DNA from: Ptychomitrium polyphyllum
Taxonomy: Eukaryota
Length of the DNA: 64,000 bases
Assembly (NCBI GenBank): GCA_973851085.1
Contig: OZ316775.1
Coordinates: forward strand, 15,934,001 to 15,998,000
Reading direction: 5' to 3'
Every line of letters starts with the position of its first letter. Within the stretch, counting starts at the first letter, position 1. A model generated the notes under the pieces. The model saw only the letters and a program-made list of their open reading frames with translations, was not told the origin of the DNA and made no database searches. Positions 1 to 14,300 of the stretch are shown one piece after another. The position numbers were made by a program, and so were the translations under genes.

Positions 1-1888
1 TATAGATTTTACTTGAAGTTTTAAAGCTGTGTACTCTGACTTGTTTTCAAATACTGCACATGGCAAGAGTACTTTATACTAGCTTATCTTATCATTTGTG
101 ACATTACCAGTACTAACTTATAATTTCTGACCCTTAGCAACCTCATCAAAACAGGGTAGGTACTCATTATTTGGTGGGCCCAGGGCATAGGCTACTGACA
201 ATGGCCCTTCAAAATGCAACTTTTTGAACATGTGAGGTAGCTCAGTTTGGTAGTCACCTTGTGACTATGGTTTGTGAATCTTCAGATAAACTCTGAAAGT
301 AAACACAAGTATAGTTTAAGTTCTAAATCTCTGAATGAATCTTTGAACTAAACTGGGTCACTTGGGCAACATTGTAGTGCCCCATAAAAAACCTGATTTG
401 ATTTAATGCCGGTTAGACTGATTTAAGTTATGCAGTCATGTAGAGGTAGGAAACACACTCATTGCCAAGTTTCTTCCAGTCAATCAAACATTAAATTTTC
501 CAACCCATTGGGCCAATCCAGACAGACATGAGTCAGGCAGTGTCACACTGTGAGTCAATGCTGATTCAAGCTTGACGACAGTACTAGCCTGCATAAAAGA
601 TTTCGTAGATAGGAACTGAGTTCGAATCATACTTCAGCAGCAGCACTACTGTTACTCACACAAGTTAATTCTCTAGTCTACCACCATCTGAACAGAGCTT
701 GAACCGGCAAAGGGTACCCCTTTCAAGAGTGCCGTTCCAACTTCCAAGGCATGCAGCTTCACACGAAGGCTTAGTAACCTGTAAGCTCTTCACCTATAGT
801 TTCACGTGCTCACCAGTTTGAAACAAATTTATCATCTCAGTGTAGTAGGGTACGTTCCGTTGTTGATGATGGTGTGCTGGGGAACCAGCAGCTTTTCACT
901 CAAGAGCTCATCATGACAAGCCTGGTTTTATTTGCATGATGTTTTCTGTTTCCTCGCTTGCATGAGGCTGTTCAGGGCCATGACCAGATTCTCCATGGAA
1001 AATCTGTCTGTAGCGCTTCGGCGCTAGTGCTGCTGACGTGAGTTGCAAGACAGCTGATTTTGAATCTGGAAGCCTTTGTTAAGTGGTAGGGGGTTGGTTG
1101 GAGAAAGTTGGACCACTCACGAGCTTCGTGCTTGTTCCTGGCCTGTGTATTGTTATCCCTAGATCTTTACAGGCCGGGGAAGAGTGCACAGTGATTCTAG
1201 TGCGAAAGAGTAACTAGTATGGTACCTCGTTTGAAATATTGGATATCGTGCACTAAGCTTCATCTTTACTGTAGAAATGTGGGGCCAATGTTGGCAGCCG
1301 GACCAACGTTGGGTAGAATATCTTGTCATTTAAACTGTTTTTTTGGTTCAAAAACTTTCGGTCATTTGATGATCTGCAGGTTGAAAACTTCTGCTCTTAC
1401 TCATTTTAGATCTCCGTTTCCAAAGCGTAATTTACACGCTGCTATCATTGACCTTCTACATGCCTTGACGACCAGTTAGCTGTTGAGCGTTGAGCGTTGA
1501 GCGTGGAGCTTCTTCAGAGATGGAAGTATAACACAGCTGCGACGTGTTTTTTTATTTCAGACAAGCAACTTCAACGTCCGAGAGTCTCCAGACGATCTCA
1601 CTTAGCCGGACGAGTTCTATTATTGTCGCGGCAACGAGCCACTACCATGCAATCTAAGACTCTTGAGCAGGGCTGGATCTTATGGCTATCATGAATCAAC
1701 GTGTATTTCGATTCAGCAGACATGTCTGTAATGAGCTGCTGCTGGTGAAGTAGAAATCGCAATCGGCACCTCACATTTGGGATCAATACTGAAGATGGTC
1801 GGGAAGCGATCCTGTGTTTTACCGGTTCCCTGCATTACCGAGATATGACAAGTATGCCCTGAAGACGCAGATTTCTAAGGAAGTGCCA

Positions 1889-4318
1889 ATGTGCACAATG
1901 CCGGGAAGGCTGCTGAGAATACTTTTCATCGCAACAACGATTTGCATCCATCATCGCCATGTGTCCGCCACACCCTCCGAGGGTAAGTAATTCCACTATT
2001 GCAACAACTTCACGGAAATGCTCTGATTCTTTCCTTCCTGGATTATTCTTCATGCATTGCTGTCTTAATTTCTGAAGCCTGTCCATCAAGTTGTCATGTC
2101 GATCGGTGTCTAAATAGGCCACATTTTAAAAGGTTTTACTCGGGCATAGTGAATGCTATACTAGCTAACCCTAATATGGAGAGAAATCTGCAGCTGCTGT
2201 CCTGGCACAACTGAAGGAGATATGGAAGGCAGCGCCCAGTGTGGTCAAGTTGTGGGTGGAGGCAGTGGACGCCTGCCATGGCCCTTGGCCCGGCATTGGA
2301 TGCGCTCTCATCGACAAGCCCACCGTTCAATCCCCATGCTTCGTGTTGGATGCAAACTGCACCGTAGTCACCTTGTAAGTAATGCACTCCTAAGTATATC
2401 TATAACCTAAACTTCATCGTTCTCTCCCGAGTCCCAGTGCACATATATAACATTACAGCCTCAGGGGAAGTTGATTGAACTAAATTGTGATATGTTGCAA
2501 GTTCCCGCAAGATCATTTCGGCCCGATTGATCACTTTGCGAACATTGTTGCTTAGGAAACAAGATGCCATACTAATGCGTGAAATTGGCAATCGTAACTA
2601 CAGGAAAATTCCAAATGGCAACCTCACAGGCGAGATACCTCTTATTCTTGCCGGTCTTTCCAACCTAGAGCACTTGTAAGAACGAACTCCGTTTTCCCGC
2701 CTATGACTTGCCTTTCACCTGCTGCACTCTTTCGTAAATAGGTCTGCGCAATGGCCGCTGTCGCGGTTTAATCGCGTTGCAGACCAAGGTCGTGATCGGC
2801 AACCAATTGCTTGAGTGATATGGTGTGCAGGGATCTTCGGGGGAATTTGTTGAAAGGCAGGGTACCACCAGAGCTCCTCGACAGCTTTCCACACCTCTCG
2901 TTCCTCGACTTGTCGCTGAACTACTTCACCGGGACGATCCCGAAACCGCAGAATGCGACATTTGAATATGACACATGGACCAAGAATTGCTTCGCTTCCG
3001 CGAGCTCCTGCCATCTCGCGCCGCAGATGCGCCCAGTTGAAGATTGCAAGCAACAAACCTCGTTGCAGCTTCAACCGTGCGCTTCATGGACACGCACTCA
3101 TCTCCTCCTGCTCCTTGTCGTCGTGCTCGTCTGCCCAGTCGCATTGATCGCATTACTCTCCACCATAGCCATCTACTACTGGCGATCTCGACGGCTGCAA
3201 GCCGCGCATTTCTGGCAGCTCCGATCCTCCATGCGTGCCGACCCGGAGGTGGCCTCCCAGCACAACGTGTGCCGCCAGTTCACGTACCAGGAACTCGACG
3301 CGGCGACCAACAGCTTCCACCGCAACTCCCTCCTGGGCGCCGGCACCACAGGATTCGTGTACCGGGGGAAGCTCGACGACGGCAGCAATGTAGCAGTGAA
3401 GCAGCTCAACACTCGAAACTCCGGCATGCTCATCAACGACGAGTTCTGGAACGAGGTCAAGGTGCGAGGCAGCATCCAGCATCCGAATGTCGTCACACTC
3501 CGCGGCTACTTCAAAGGAATCGGCGGATGTGATCCCATGCTTGTCTGCGAGCACATGCCCAACGGCTCCGTCCTCGACGCGCTCCTCAGCGACGAGACCG
3601 CCTTACGCTGGCCTCGCAGGTACAGCATCGCCCACGGAGCAGCCGTTGGGTTGGAGTATCTCCACGAGCATTGCCGACCTCCGATCATCCACGGCAATCT
3701 CAAGCCATCAAACATCCTCCTCGACAGGTAAGCAACATGATTACCTATGTGTCGCACATCCCAAACCACTAGAATCCATTCCCACTCGCTTGGCTGAGAT
3801 ATGACGGTCTTAAATGTTGCAGAGATTACACAGCGCGAGTTGGGCACTTCGGATCTGTGCGGGTAGCGAAGGTCTCGCAGAGAGCCGTAGTTTCGACGCT
3901 TGGTTTTGGAGTGACGGGGAAGCTCACCGAGAAGAGCGATGTGTTCAGCTATGGAATGTTGCTGTTGGTTCTCGTAAGCGGACGGCGGATGCTGGAGTCG
4001 CAGCCTTCAGGCAAACCGCAGCTGCTCACGTGGATGCAGCTTCTGGCAAAAGCGGAGCTGGCCGAGCTCGTGGATCCGCGCCTGGAGGGCAACTTCGACA
4101 AGCATGAAGTGAGCTTGTGCGCGCAGATCGTGTTGCTTTGTACTCGCATCCAGCCTGAGCTCCGACCGTCCATGTCGGAAGTGCGGCGAATTCTGGAGGG
4201 CACGATGGAGGTTCCCATTTCCGGATCGTTGGACACTCCAGTGACATCCTCGCACACCAGCTTTGTGTCCATGAGCCACTTCTCCGGGAGCTTCTACGGC
4301 ACCAGTGGCAGCATTTGA
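1889..4318 (+). CDS. LRR receptor-like kinase with short ectodomain, probable pseudokinase; exons 1889-1982, 2194-2374, 2604-2675, 2831-3727, 3823-4318
   Basis: Phase-consistent GT-AG exons give a signal peptide (MPGRLLRILFIATTICI), an LRR N-cap (LKEIW..DACHGPWPGIGC), a 72-bp LRR exon (KIPNGNLTGEIPLILAGLSNLEHL), further LRRs (LDLSLNYFTGTIP), a TM segment (LLLLLVVVLVCPVALIALLSTIAIYYW) and a kinase domain (GAGTTGFVY, VAVK, HGNLKPSN, KSDVFSYG). The start could be ATG 1889 or 1898. Confidence 0.9.
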
Positions 4319-7300
4319 GCTGCCTTAAGGTACTTCGTAGATCTTTCCATTCCAATATGCATGGCTGCAAAAAATTCTTGTCAAAAGTGACGAGATGTTG
4401 GCAGTCACAAGAATTTCCATCAAAGAGCAGATTCAGATAATCATTTCATTCAATTCCAGTGCTTGTGAGCATATTACTGTGATAACACCTAGGATATCAC
4501 GATTGTACTTCGATGTTATAAACTTCATATTATTCTTCATTGTGAACAGTGAGTCTATGTATTCGCAATCATATGAAACTGCTTCATTCTAAGTTACACG
4601 TACAACTTGTGCTCTTAGATTTTCATTCTGGTGAAGTGGGTTCGTTACCACTGGAATGTGCTGCAATGTCTGTTCGCTGACAGTTGCAGATTCTACAAGG
4701 TTCCAAAATTCACAAGAGTGCCTAAGCATACTCCACAATGCGAATTCTTTCTCCGTTTTTGCTGAAGACGTTGTGTTATAAATATGAGTCACGGCTGGGG
4801 TCTCACATGTTTCCCTTACTGAATGACAGCGTGTGTCAACTGTGATAGCTGTAGTCCAGAATCACATATTTAATTGTTGGTCACGAGCACGCTTGTTTCT
4901 TCCATGCACTAACCACAGAACTTCTTTGTGACGTCAACTGATCAGCACGTGACTATCACAATCTCCGGAATCTACAAACTTGTCATTTCTAACCGCTTTT
5001 TGTTTCAATAAGCTGTGATGATGTAAAGACCTGTTTCAACGTCTCAACCAATCAATCCTGCTACACTGTTAGCATGATGTACTGCCCACCACACTAATCA
5101 AGTTTAAAATGCTATAAGTTCTCGTTCTTAATGAGTAGATTTACCAACTAAATTTAGAAAAATCCTTCTACATGAATAGTATTGATACCTTCAGTTTCTT
5201 AGTAAAAGTTGCATTTGCAAAAATCTATAACCTTGAGTAAGTAGTTAATTTGGTTACCACTTAAATCACACAATTAATGTACTGAACCAACAGACTTTAC
5301 ACACGCCAATGCCAGAGCTTGGCCTCGTATAATTGTTTACGCCTGATCCATTTGAGCACTAATTTAGGCAAAGTCAAGCCTCAGATTTGCTTAATATTCA
5401 ACTGGGTCTGTTTATATTAAATGTTCAACCTTGCATATTACATGGATGTGTTCTATATGTATTGTACAATACTTGCACACCGAGTTTTGGCATTCATTGC
5501 TACAATGGCATTACACACGTCTTTAAAATGACAATGTAATATGGGTTATGATCTGCAGAAGTTGGCTGACTTCAACCTAATAAAATACATCTTAGTGTTA
5601 CCATAAGTGAAGGTCAAAATTTCTTCATATCTCAGACCCCTTCCTCCGTTCACAAAGCAGTTGTTGCAGTTAATTTTCTTGAATCTGTTGAACTTCACTA
5701 GTTGAGCAGAAGCAAATGAACCACAAAAGGCATAGATGTTCCAAGGATTACACGACATGCATTTGTTCGTGATCTGCTCAGGGTATTGCGGAATGCCAAG
5801 TTCATTGGCGCCACCGTAGTCCTGGAATATACTGATGTCCTTGCAAATGCGCAAAGGCCCTGCATCATCAAGTAGAAAACTAAATCAACAGTCTACATGG
5901 TCAATGGCTGATTAAATATCAAGCCCTTTAATCCATTTCATTGAAACATTGTTTAAGTCCGATGAATTAGTGTCCATCCAGATTTGAATATGTTTATTAC
6001 CATTGACTGGAGACCAATGACCTGAGTAATTGCCTGATCCTCTGGTTATGAGTTGTCTGTCTGTGTGTGAAGCTTTCAGCTTTGCTACATGTGATATTAA
6101 ACTATAACACCGACTGAGAGTGAGGCATCCTCCTCGGCAACCATGCAAAATGTTAGAGATTAGTAGTACAATATACTGAAATCAAGCAAACTATCAAGGG
6201 TTACGCTGCATAAGTAATTGATCTGCACACTTAAAACATGCTTCGAGAGGTGAATCCGAACTGATGCAAAGGTGAAACAAGTTTATAATAGAACATGGAC
6301 CTCAAGAAGACGATCTGACAACATGTTTTAGGTATCCACCTGGGGACAAGGCCTTTGGGAATGAGGAGAACGCCGTATGCAGAACCAAAAGCAGAGTGCA
6401 CATGGCCATGAGAGTGTGCTCACTTCCTACAACGTGCGGCATTGAATTCACTCGTATTGCTCTATCTTCTACTTGAACTTTAACAATCTTCAATTGTAGA
6501 GTAGAATACAACAATCATAAATTATGTATGGCAGAGCAGTTGCAGCATACGCCTGCTTCACAGAAGTGACATGTTTCAAAATGGTCGTTCAAAGTGTAAC
6601 GAGAAGACCATGGTGTGGAGTGTGTGGACTGAGTGTGAATCGTCTGTGGATTGCAATGACGGTGTCAAGCGGTACTTGGGGGCCAATGAGTTGGAAGGAT
6701 CGACAGAGCCGATATACTTATGCACCGAATCAGTTAACATCGAGTAAATAGTTGCTTGCGGGCCGCATGCACCGCCGGTGTTGCTTGTCAATAGGAACTT
6801 ATATTGAATGGGCTCTGCAATATCTGTTCATTTAAGATACTTTCATTTGACTCACAGTTTGAGAAATACCTTGCTTTCCAGCTTTCACAATACTCTGGTC
6901 GCCAAAATTGATCCACACAGCATCTTTTCGACTTGTCCAGTTGATCATCATCCAAAACTTTAGTTTGCTCACTGTTTAAAGTACGTTTGAAACTAGCGCA
7001 CAAGAGGATGTTCTGGCATCGCTATTGGCCTGATATATCAATCATATTTATAAAAGAACAACTTCCTTGTGATATCTGGGAGTTCGTATGTACATGTTGC
7101 GGAGTTGTCACTAAAGATCTAAACTTTAGCAGCAATGCATACCTCTACGAAAAAATTTATGTCACGAAGTTGGCTTCACCTAGTCAACAGCTTCCATGCC
7201 GTGAAGTCACCTGAAGTTCGAGAGTAATCCTACAATCTTCAATGATTGTAGTGTCTATGCTAGGGCCGAGAAACTTCCCCCAATCTGTGAAGTCACATAA

Positions 7301-7568
7301 ATAGTGACCGACGTACCTTCTATCGATTTTCAAACTAATAAGGATCGTCTTTCTATTTACATTACATCTAAACCTTAAAACAAGCATGAGCTGAAAGATT
7401 CGCCCTTGTTAATCCCGTGCATGATTTACACATGCAAGGAGTCTCAGTTGGAAAGAGACAAAAGGTGGATATAGTGACGGCCAGATTTCACTGAGGAACA
7501 ATCCATCCACCAGGCTTGGTTATGCAATTAAAATTGCAAAGAGTACTTAGCTCAAAGTCAGAATTCTG

Positions 7569-9748
7569 TCAAGTCACCGGTCCCAATCTGAAACAAGAAC
7601 AAAGATGAGACAAGTGAGCAAAGACGAAATCAAATATAGTGTTATCCAAATTCAACTGAAATGCAGCCCATATTTTTTAGCCATGAGAGATCTGTTTTCA
7701 TAATCAACAGAATACCTTTCAGCGAGTGTCGCAGAATTTTCATCAAAAAGCTCTTCCATGGGCACTCCCGTATTGATACTATTTTTGGACCGTGTACGCC
7801 GCAAGAATTTCATTACCATCATTTGCTTTCTGACTGCAGGAGCAAACGACCGAGAAGCTCTGCCAGGGGGAACTATGTCCACAACTAGACATGTTGTGTC
7901 ATCTCGCAGACCTTGAACCTTGACTGCTTCCTATACAATCCAACCCAGCACGTCAATTTCATGCCCCTGAACGATTACACATAGCACGAGCAGATTACAG
8001 CACCAAAAAGGTGGCAATATTTATCTCATGAAGCACACCTTGACGACATTCTTTGCAGCAATCTCCGGATGCTTCTCCCCACGACAGACCTTGGCAGCTC
8101 TCTCTGAGGTTAGCTGATCCCACACTCCATCTGAGGCAATGATGAGTCTCCCTCCTCCAGGTGATAGCTGAGGCCCATGGTTAATTTTCGTGGTCAGAAA
8201 AGCCCAGAATTGTTTCTCCATGCGTGGTACAAAAAGTGTTGACATCATTCATTTTGGGTTACGAAGAAGTATACTCACCTTAATTTGCTTCACATGAGGC
8301 ACAGGCACAATATATTGACCGGCATCTATATCTCCAATTGTCCTTGATAGGCAGAGACCACCTGGCCAAGCCCTTAGTGGCCCAATCTGCATCAAAGAAG
8401 CAATTATTACGGCTTCAATCACCGACGCATGGAGCAGAGTAGATCGAGGAGACGCTAAGAATCAAAGTCTACAGAGTTACAAACGTTCTTTTTAACCCTT
8501 GTTGCAATTGATCGTACCAAATATCATTAACTAACATATCAATTTCAACAATTATTATTGTCAGTGTGTATCACATCTCTCAGATACTGTATTTGGAAAA
8601 AATAATACCTCGCAGCCATAAGGATGAAGCCTGGCGACTTGGCCTCCCATTGCTACGACACGATCCCGCCTGTGCAGCAGCCAGGTGGTATAATTGAGTT
8701 CATCGTCGTGATGTTACAGAATTGAAATCTAAAGTCCACCTAATGCAATGTAAGTATTCAACATAGACTGGTTGAGGGAGAAACGCACTCTTCATCGTTA
8801 GTATCGAATCTGTGATCAATCGTCAAGGCTGTCACAATGCCTTGCGCATCAAGAACACATCGAGAGTCGCCCACACAAGCTGCAGTCACGGTCGATCCAT
8901 CCACTATCACCAGAGTGGCCGTTGTGCCTGAAAATATGCCTGTAAAACCACCCCTCACAAGCATATCAAATAACTAGTGTTATCACTCCGACTCTTCAGG
9001 TGCACTACATGAAGAGTGCAATCTGAAGATATGTAACAACGGCAAAGGTATCTCAAAGACTCCCAAATGGGGTACCTTTTGATCGCCAATCCTTGTCGGT
9101 CTTCACAAATCCTGCCACCATAGCTCGAGGCAGAGCAGCCAACCACTCCTCCCTAGTAAGTCCGGCTGGGACCGAGCTCACCACGTTGTTCAAAAGGTTG
9201 TCTTTCGTGAACACAGCTGCAGCTGATCCATTATGACCGTCTAAAACCTGCTCTCCATAAAAAATTTAAAATTTTTAAAAAACAAAGTGTTCTTCAATAT
9301 GAAATGCTTTCTTTTTTGACCACCTTTTATGCTGGAAAGTCGAAGTAAAATATTTAAAACCATTTTACGTTGTCTATGAGAAAGTGAAAAAGTTACATGT
9401 CTGGGTTAACTATTTGAACTGAAAAGCCATGTGTAAATGAATTAGGCCGGCAGCTTTTTGAGGTGAGTTTTATGAATGTTTCGAAAGTACCGCAAATGCA
9501 TCGTAAGTTGTGGAGCCATCTTCTGAGATTCGTTGGCAATTGGTCTTGATGATAACGTAGTCCTCCTCCTTCTTCGCTTGGAAGGCTTGACCATACGAGA
9601 CGGATGGTTTGCTCTCTTTGATAGAGGGCCGGATGTCACCAGTGCTGAACAGAGTGGACAGGGCGACCAAGTGCTGGGCGCGTCGACCTGCAATAAGGCG
9701 ATTCTGGATATAGCCCATGGTGTTTTGAAGTGGCTCAAAAATCGACAT
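7569..9748 (-). CDS. Protein phosphatase 2C (PPM family); exons 9748-9491, 9247-9076, 8927-8789, 8669-8609, 8386-8279, 8167-8039, 7930-7716, 7587-7569
   Basis: Spliced translation contains KKEED, VLDGHNGSAAA, GTTATLVIVDG, VGDSRCVL, GPLRAWPGGLCLSRTIGD, IIASDGVWD and GLRDDTTCLVVD. All junctions are GT-AG and in phase. The last micro-exon gives LAERLGPVT-stop. Confidence 0.92.
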
Positions 9749-11099
9749 AAGCTCTAATTCACTAGTTTGATCAACTGATATCTATGTAGGAACAATATTA
9801 TCTAGTCTCGGCAAAGCTCTCCCAAGTGCTGACACATGAATCCTCCGCAGAATGAACAATCCCTGAAATATTTTAGAGAGTAATTCAATGTTAGAACAGC
9901 CACTGATTGGACTAGGTCTAAAAATTAGCTGCAGTGAACTAAGAGTCTACAAAATCGACCCATTCCAAAGTGCAAGGATCAGTGACATAATCTACTTGTT
10001 CATATTCCTGAATAATAAATTATCAAGAACTTTTCTCATCAACGAGAGTCCAAGTGGAGCTCTCCCAAGCAGTTAAGGATTGCTATATAATTTCTCTTTG
10101 AGAGAAAGTGGGAATAATGTCAATGGCTCGGTACATGTGACAACATGGCTTGCATCAGTGGCACCTGAGTTAAGAAGTGAAAACTAAGAACCATACATCC
10201 TTGGCAGAAAGATTGCCAGAATTCCTTTTCCGAAAAATTAATTCTAAGCCTGCGTATTTCCCGAAAATCTAGGACGGCTCATTCGTGTGCACAACGAGAA
10301 TTTGGATGCAAGGCCCAAGCTAAGAACGAGAAGTGCATAGAACTCTCTTCACCCAATAAACGGCGACTACAGGTGGCCCAACACAAAGAAAATAAGAATG
10401 TGAATGTTTTCGGAATCCCAAAAATACGGAGGAAGGCGGTGGTCTGTCAAAGACGTTGTCCACTAATCTACTTGTTCTCCTTCTGCAATTCACAGAGTCT
10501 CCCAGCTGCAAGTGTCCGCTAAGACGTGACAGTGATAACCACAACCGTTGAAGAACACTATCTCCCAGCAATACATACTTATCAAGATCTCTCCCCATCC
10601 ACAGGGACCGACTCGTGCGAACAAAAATGATCAAGGACAGGACACTGGATCAAAGAAACGGCATTGGAGAAGGGAACAGTACCTGGCAAGGCTCCGATAA
10701 AAGCGCGTAAAGTGAGCCGCATCAAAGACGAGAGGCAACAGCAGTTCTCCAATTTCTTCCTCATTTGCACCTTCTCCCCTAGCATTCCCCCTCTTCACCA
10801 CCACTACCCCTATCACTCCTGCTTCGCCAGCCCAGACACCATGATCACCGGCTCGCCCCCAACAACACCATCACTACGCAACCCACTCCACATGAACTCA
10901 CTGATTTTTATCCAGATCCTCCTTGCAGCACCTATCAATCATGGGTACCATTATACCACTACATGGACTCGCTCCCTGCTCCAAACGAGACCAAATCAAA
11001 GTACAGACCTGTGCACCTGGGGACAGCTCCACTACAATACACTCTAACATACTGTTTCAAATCCTGAGCACTGGCCGCAGAGCGCGAGGAGTGACGAGT

Positions 11100-11340
11100 G
11101 CAAGACGGCAGTGGCTGGCTGCGAGGATTCGCGTGACTGGAAGCGGATTCATGGGACTCCCCGCTCTATAAATATTGCCTCCAAGGGTAGCCACAACTTT
11201 CGGGCCGCTGGTGGGCCGGGCACTGCGGGCAGGGGCGTAAATAAGGGCCCCGGGAAATCCCGATTTGTCTCGTGCTCGTCCGGGCAGGGGGGGCCGTTTC
11301 TTTTGCATGCCAACTCGTGACAGGGGCTCACGCGGCTTTG
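11100..11340. promoter_or_regulatory. GC-rich promoter-like region upstream of the PP2C gene
   Basis: Local GC island with GGGCC/GGGCCC (site II-like) motifs and a TATAAA at about 11167, about 1.4 kb upstream of the PP2C ATG. TSS not determined. Confidence 0.3.
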
Positions 11341-14300
11341 TGGCTTTTTGGTTTCTCTTTGTTGTTTGTCTTAACATTTTCTGGCCATTTTTATTGAGCT
11401 TCTAGAAAGGTAAAGGAGTTGGACGTGGTGAAATTTCAAGACAGTGAACTGGATTGGATCGTACTGCACTGTACTGTTGGTGGAGCAACGAAAACACTAA
11501 AAGGTTTCATTTGCAGCTATAAAGTATTTGAACCTGAACTTAACGGGTAAGGTAACTTCCATATTGTAGCTGTTCTGGATAACAGACCATGAATCATGCG
11601 TCTAAAATCAAATTATTGATCTTAAGTTAAAATTAATGAAGTAATTATGCTAAACCCTAAACCGAAGGGAATATTGTTAAATACCACCTTTTGTTGAATA
11701 ATTGCAAGAACCACTATTTGAACCATGCACAAATTCTGTCACATTCTACTTGCATTATTTTGCTAGTTTTGCATTGATTTGGCTTTGCTCTTTGGTGCAA
11801 CAAATACATGTCATGCCTTAACAATCGCTTGCTGGCAGTTCCAAGCTAATCTAAAGCATAGAATCCCTCAAACTAGTTCAAAGGACTTTGACCCCAAACT
11901 AATTTTGTGAAGTGTGCTCTCATCCCACTAGCAATGGAGCTCATGGCGTAATGACATATAGTCCAGTCAAATCTGACTTATAACCCGTAAGCTTTTACTT
12001 ACATATTCATCAATTTTCATATGATTCTAGTTTTGTTCTTTTGTTTTGACTCACATGTAGCTTTCGTTCTCCAACAACAGATTTAGCAGAACAGAAGGGA
12101 GAATAGTAGCATCTATGGTTTTCACTACAGTGACTTGTGTGTGGTCAAGTTCAGCTCTCTGCTGAGGACTTTACGTAAGTTAGTTACTTGTAGGCAGGTA
12201 TTGGTGAATCAGAGTGACAAAAATTGTTTGACACTTGGAGCAAGGACACCTTCATCTCGGTATCAGGATTAGTATTTGGTCTGGTTTGGAATGACTATGT
12301 CGTTTGAGTACACAAGGGAATATAAAAATTGTACTGTACGAAGCTGTGTGATACTTTTCTTTTCCTTTTCACTAAACTAAAATAAAGTATAAGTGCAACA
12401 AGTCCAAATTTACTTTATCAAAGAACGCAGTTATTTCCAAAAATACAAAAAACAATGTATATAGCAAATAGAACAAGTATAGTACATGTTATACCAAGTT
12501 GTTTTGAATATTCTAAGCTGAGAGGGATGTGGTATAGGTCTAAATTTGCGTGTACATTTTCGGAACGTCCACTCAATAGTGTCAGGATCGGGAATTTCCG
12601 GATCATGAAATACAATGAGCTGCTTCCGACTGCTGAGTCTGCTCAGAAGCATAATCTTCATTCGACTAGTTTAGACTTTCCCAAATCAGATTAGGGTTGT
12701 GTTTCACGCTGATTCTTTTGCATGCATTCATGACCAGCTCACTGGAAATTAATACAGAGTTTCGAAATAGTCGTAGAGCTCACTGCTTTTGTCCAAAAAA
12801 ACACAAATGAAAGAAATTAAATGAATAGAAGTTCAAGGATCAAACTGCATTCATGGTCTTTCTAGGTTTAAATTTGATGAGCATAATAGAATTAACTGCA
12901 TCTCTATTCATAATTCATTTCAATTACAAATCACGCTTTCAGATTTAAAAAAATTCAGAACAGTTAGTGACAGTGATCTAGCTGGGATGCGTCCTGTAAT
13001 CCAGAGGGCAACCTAATGTGAGTCTCATGTTCCACGAGGTTGCTTGGCCCAGACCCGGACAGCCCAGCAGCTCACAAATTTTGCATGATTCTCATCACAA
13101 ATACAGCTGGATCAGCTATACGAATGGCCTTATATATTAGTAACTGTATTACCCCCCTCAGTTACCTCTGGCCAAAGTTAATAGAAACAGGTGGAACGGC
13201 AAGCCACTCCTAAATTTCCAAGTTCCAACAACCTAACGAGCATTCTGTGTCATTCCACCCCATTTAGCATGTGCCCAACTGGTATCTCCCCAGATCCTAG
13301 CTGGCACTTCCAGTTGGCTAATCGTTGGAGATTATTAGATGCCGCTGACATCTGCCACCCTGATTGTAAATGGTACAACAAGATTCTTTTTAGGGCCCAG
13401 AAGCAATGTCCAATCCAAGGAATTTTGTAATAAATTCACTTCCCATATGCGGTGATGCGATGAATTGTTGAAAGTTATCTCCAATAGCAATCAATGTGAA
13501 ACCTTGAGAGATGCTGTGCTCCTGACTTAGCTGACCTAACTTCTTTCTATCTCCGTGGTATGCTAGTAAATGTCCACAGATAAGTGCCCGATGCGAAGTG
13601 TCGAAGGTTACATGCATTATTGAACGGGTATCAATTGTGGACGGGGACATCGGTAATTCATCTGCTTTAAAAATTTGTCCGAAGTGTGAACCAGGCTGAG
13701 TCCCTGATTTTCCAGGTACTTGCGTGACGTTTTCATGCGCTTGGTTCACTTCCAGCTGCGGGTCTCTATGCAACAGTGGGCCTCACACTGAACCACGGGC
13801 TACTTGACTTGCTTGAGGGGCTGAGTTACTGCAGTACCTTAGTGGCATCTGCATGTCCTTAGGGATCATGAAGTAACAACCAGTTGGGGGTGGCACTTGG
13901 TGCAACTAAATTCTGGGATGGGAAGAGCGCCTGCACCTCCACGACCACAAATGGACCTCTATCAGTAATATCAGCGGCGCATTTGCAGGACCAAGTGCGA
14001 TTATCTCTCACCGCATGGCAGCAAAAACTGCTGTTACAATAGCAGCGTTGTATTTGCATAAAAACTCCCTTAAGCTCCTAATGTGTTCTCTTGTGCGTTC
14101 CTTGAGATCTCAGAGAGTTCCTAAAGAGTTCTCCTGTCCTCGGGCCCCCTATTGAAATTCCGAAAACACCGCCTTTTCCCAAGAACTCAATGGCGCCTCG
14201 ACAATGCCCGATACTCCGTGTGGCAGCCTGCAGCACAAACAATGGTTACAGGGGCATTTATTGTATAGAAGGCATATGAGCTGCTCTCCGTCATCTGTCC

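Noticed and set aside
1..1800. Possible RNA genes or miRNA hairpins here and in other intergenic stretches
   Set aside because: No tRNA, rRNA or known miRNA sequence was recognised by eye, and folding could not be run.
2715..4370. Many overlapping ORFs on both strands over the LRR-RLK
   Set aside because: Expected alternative-frame ORFs in GC-rich coding sequence, with no domains.
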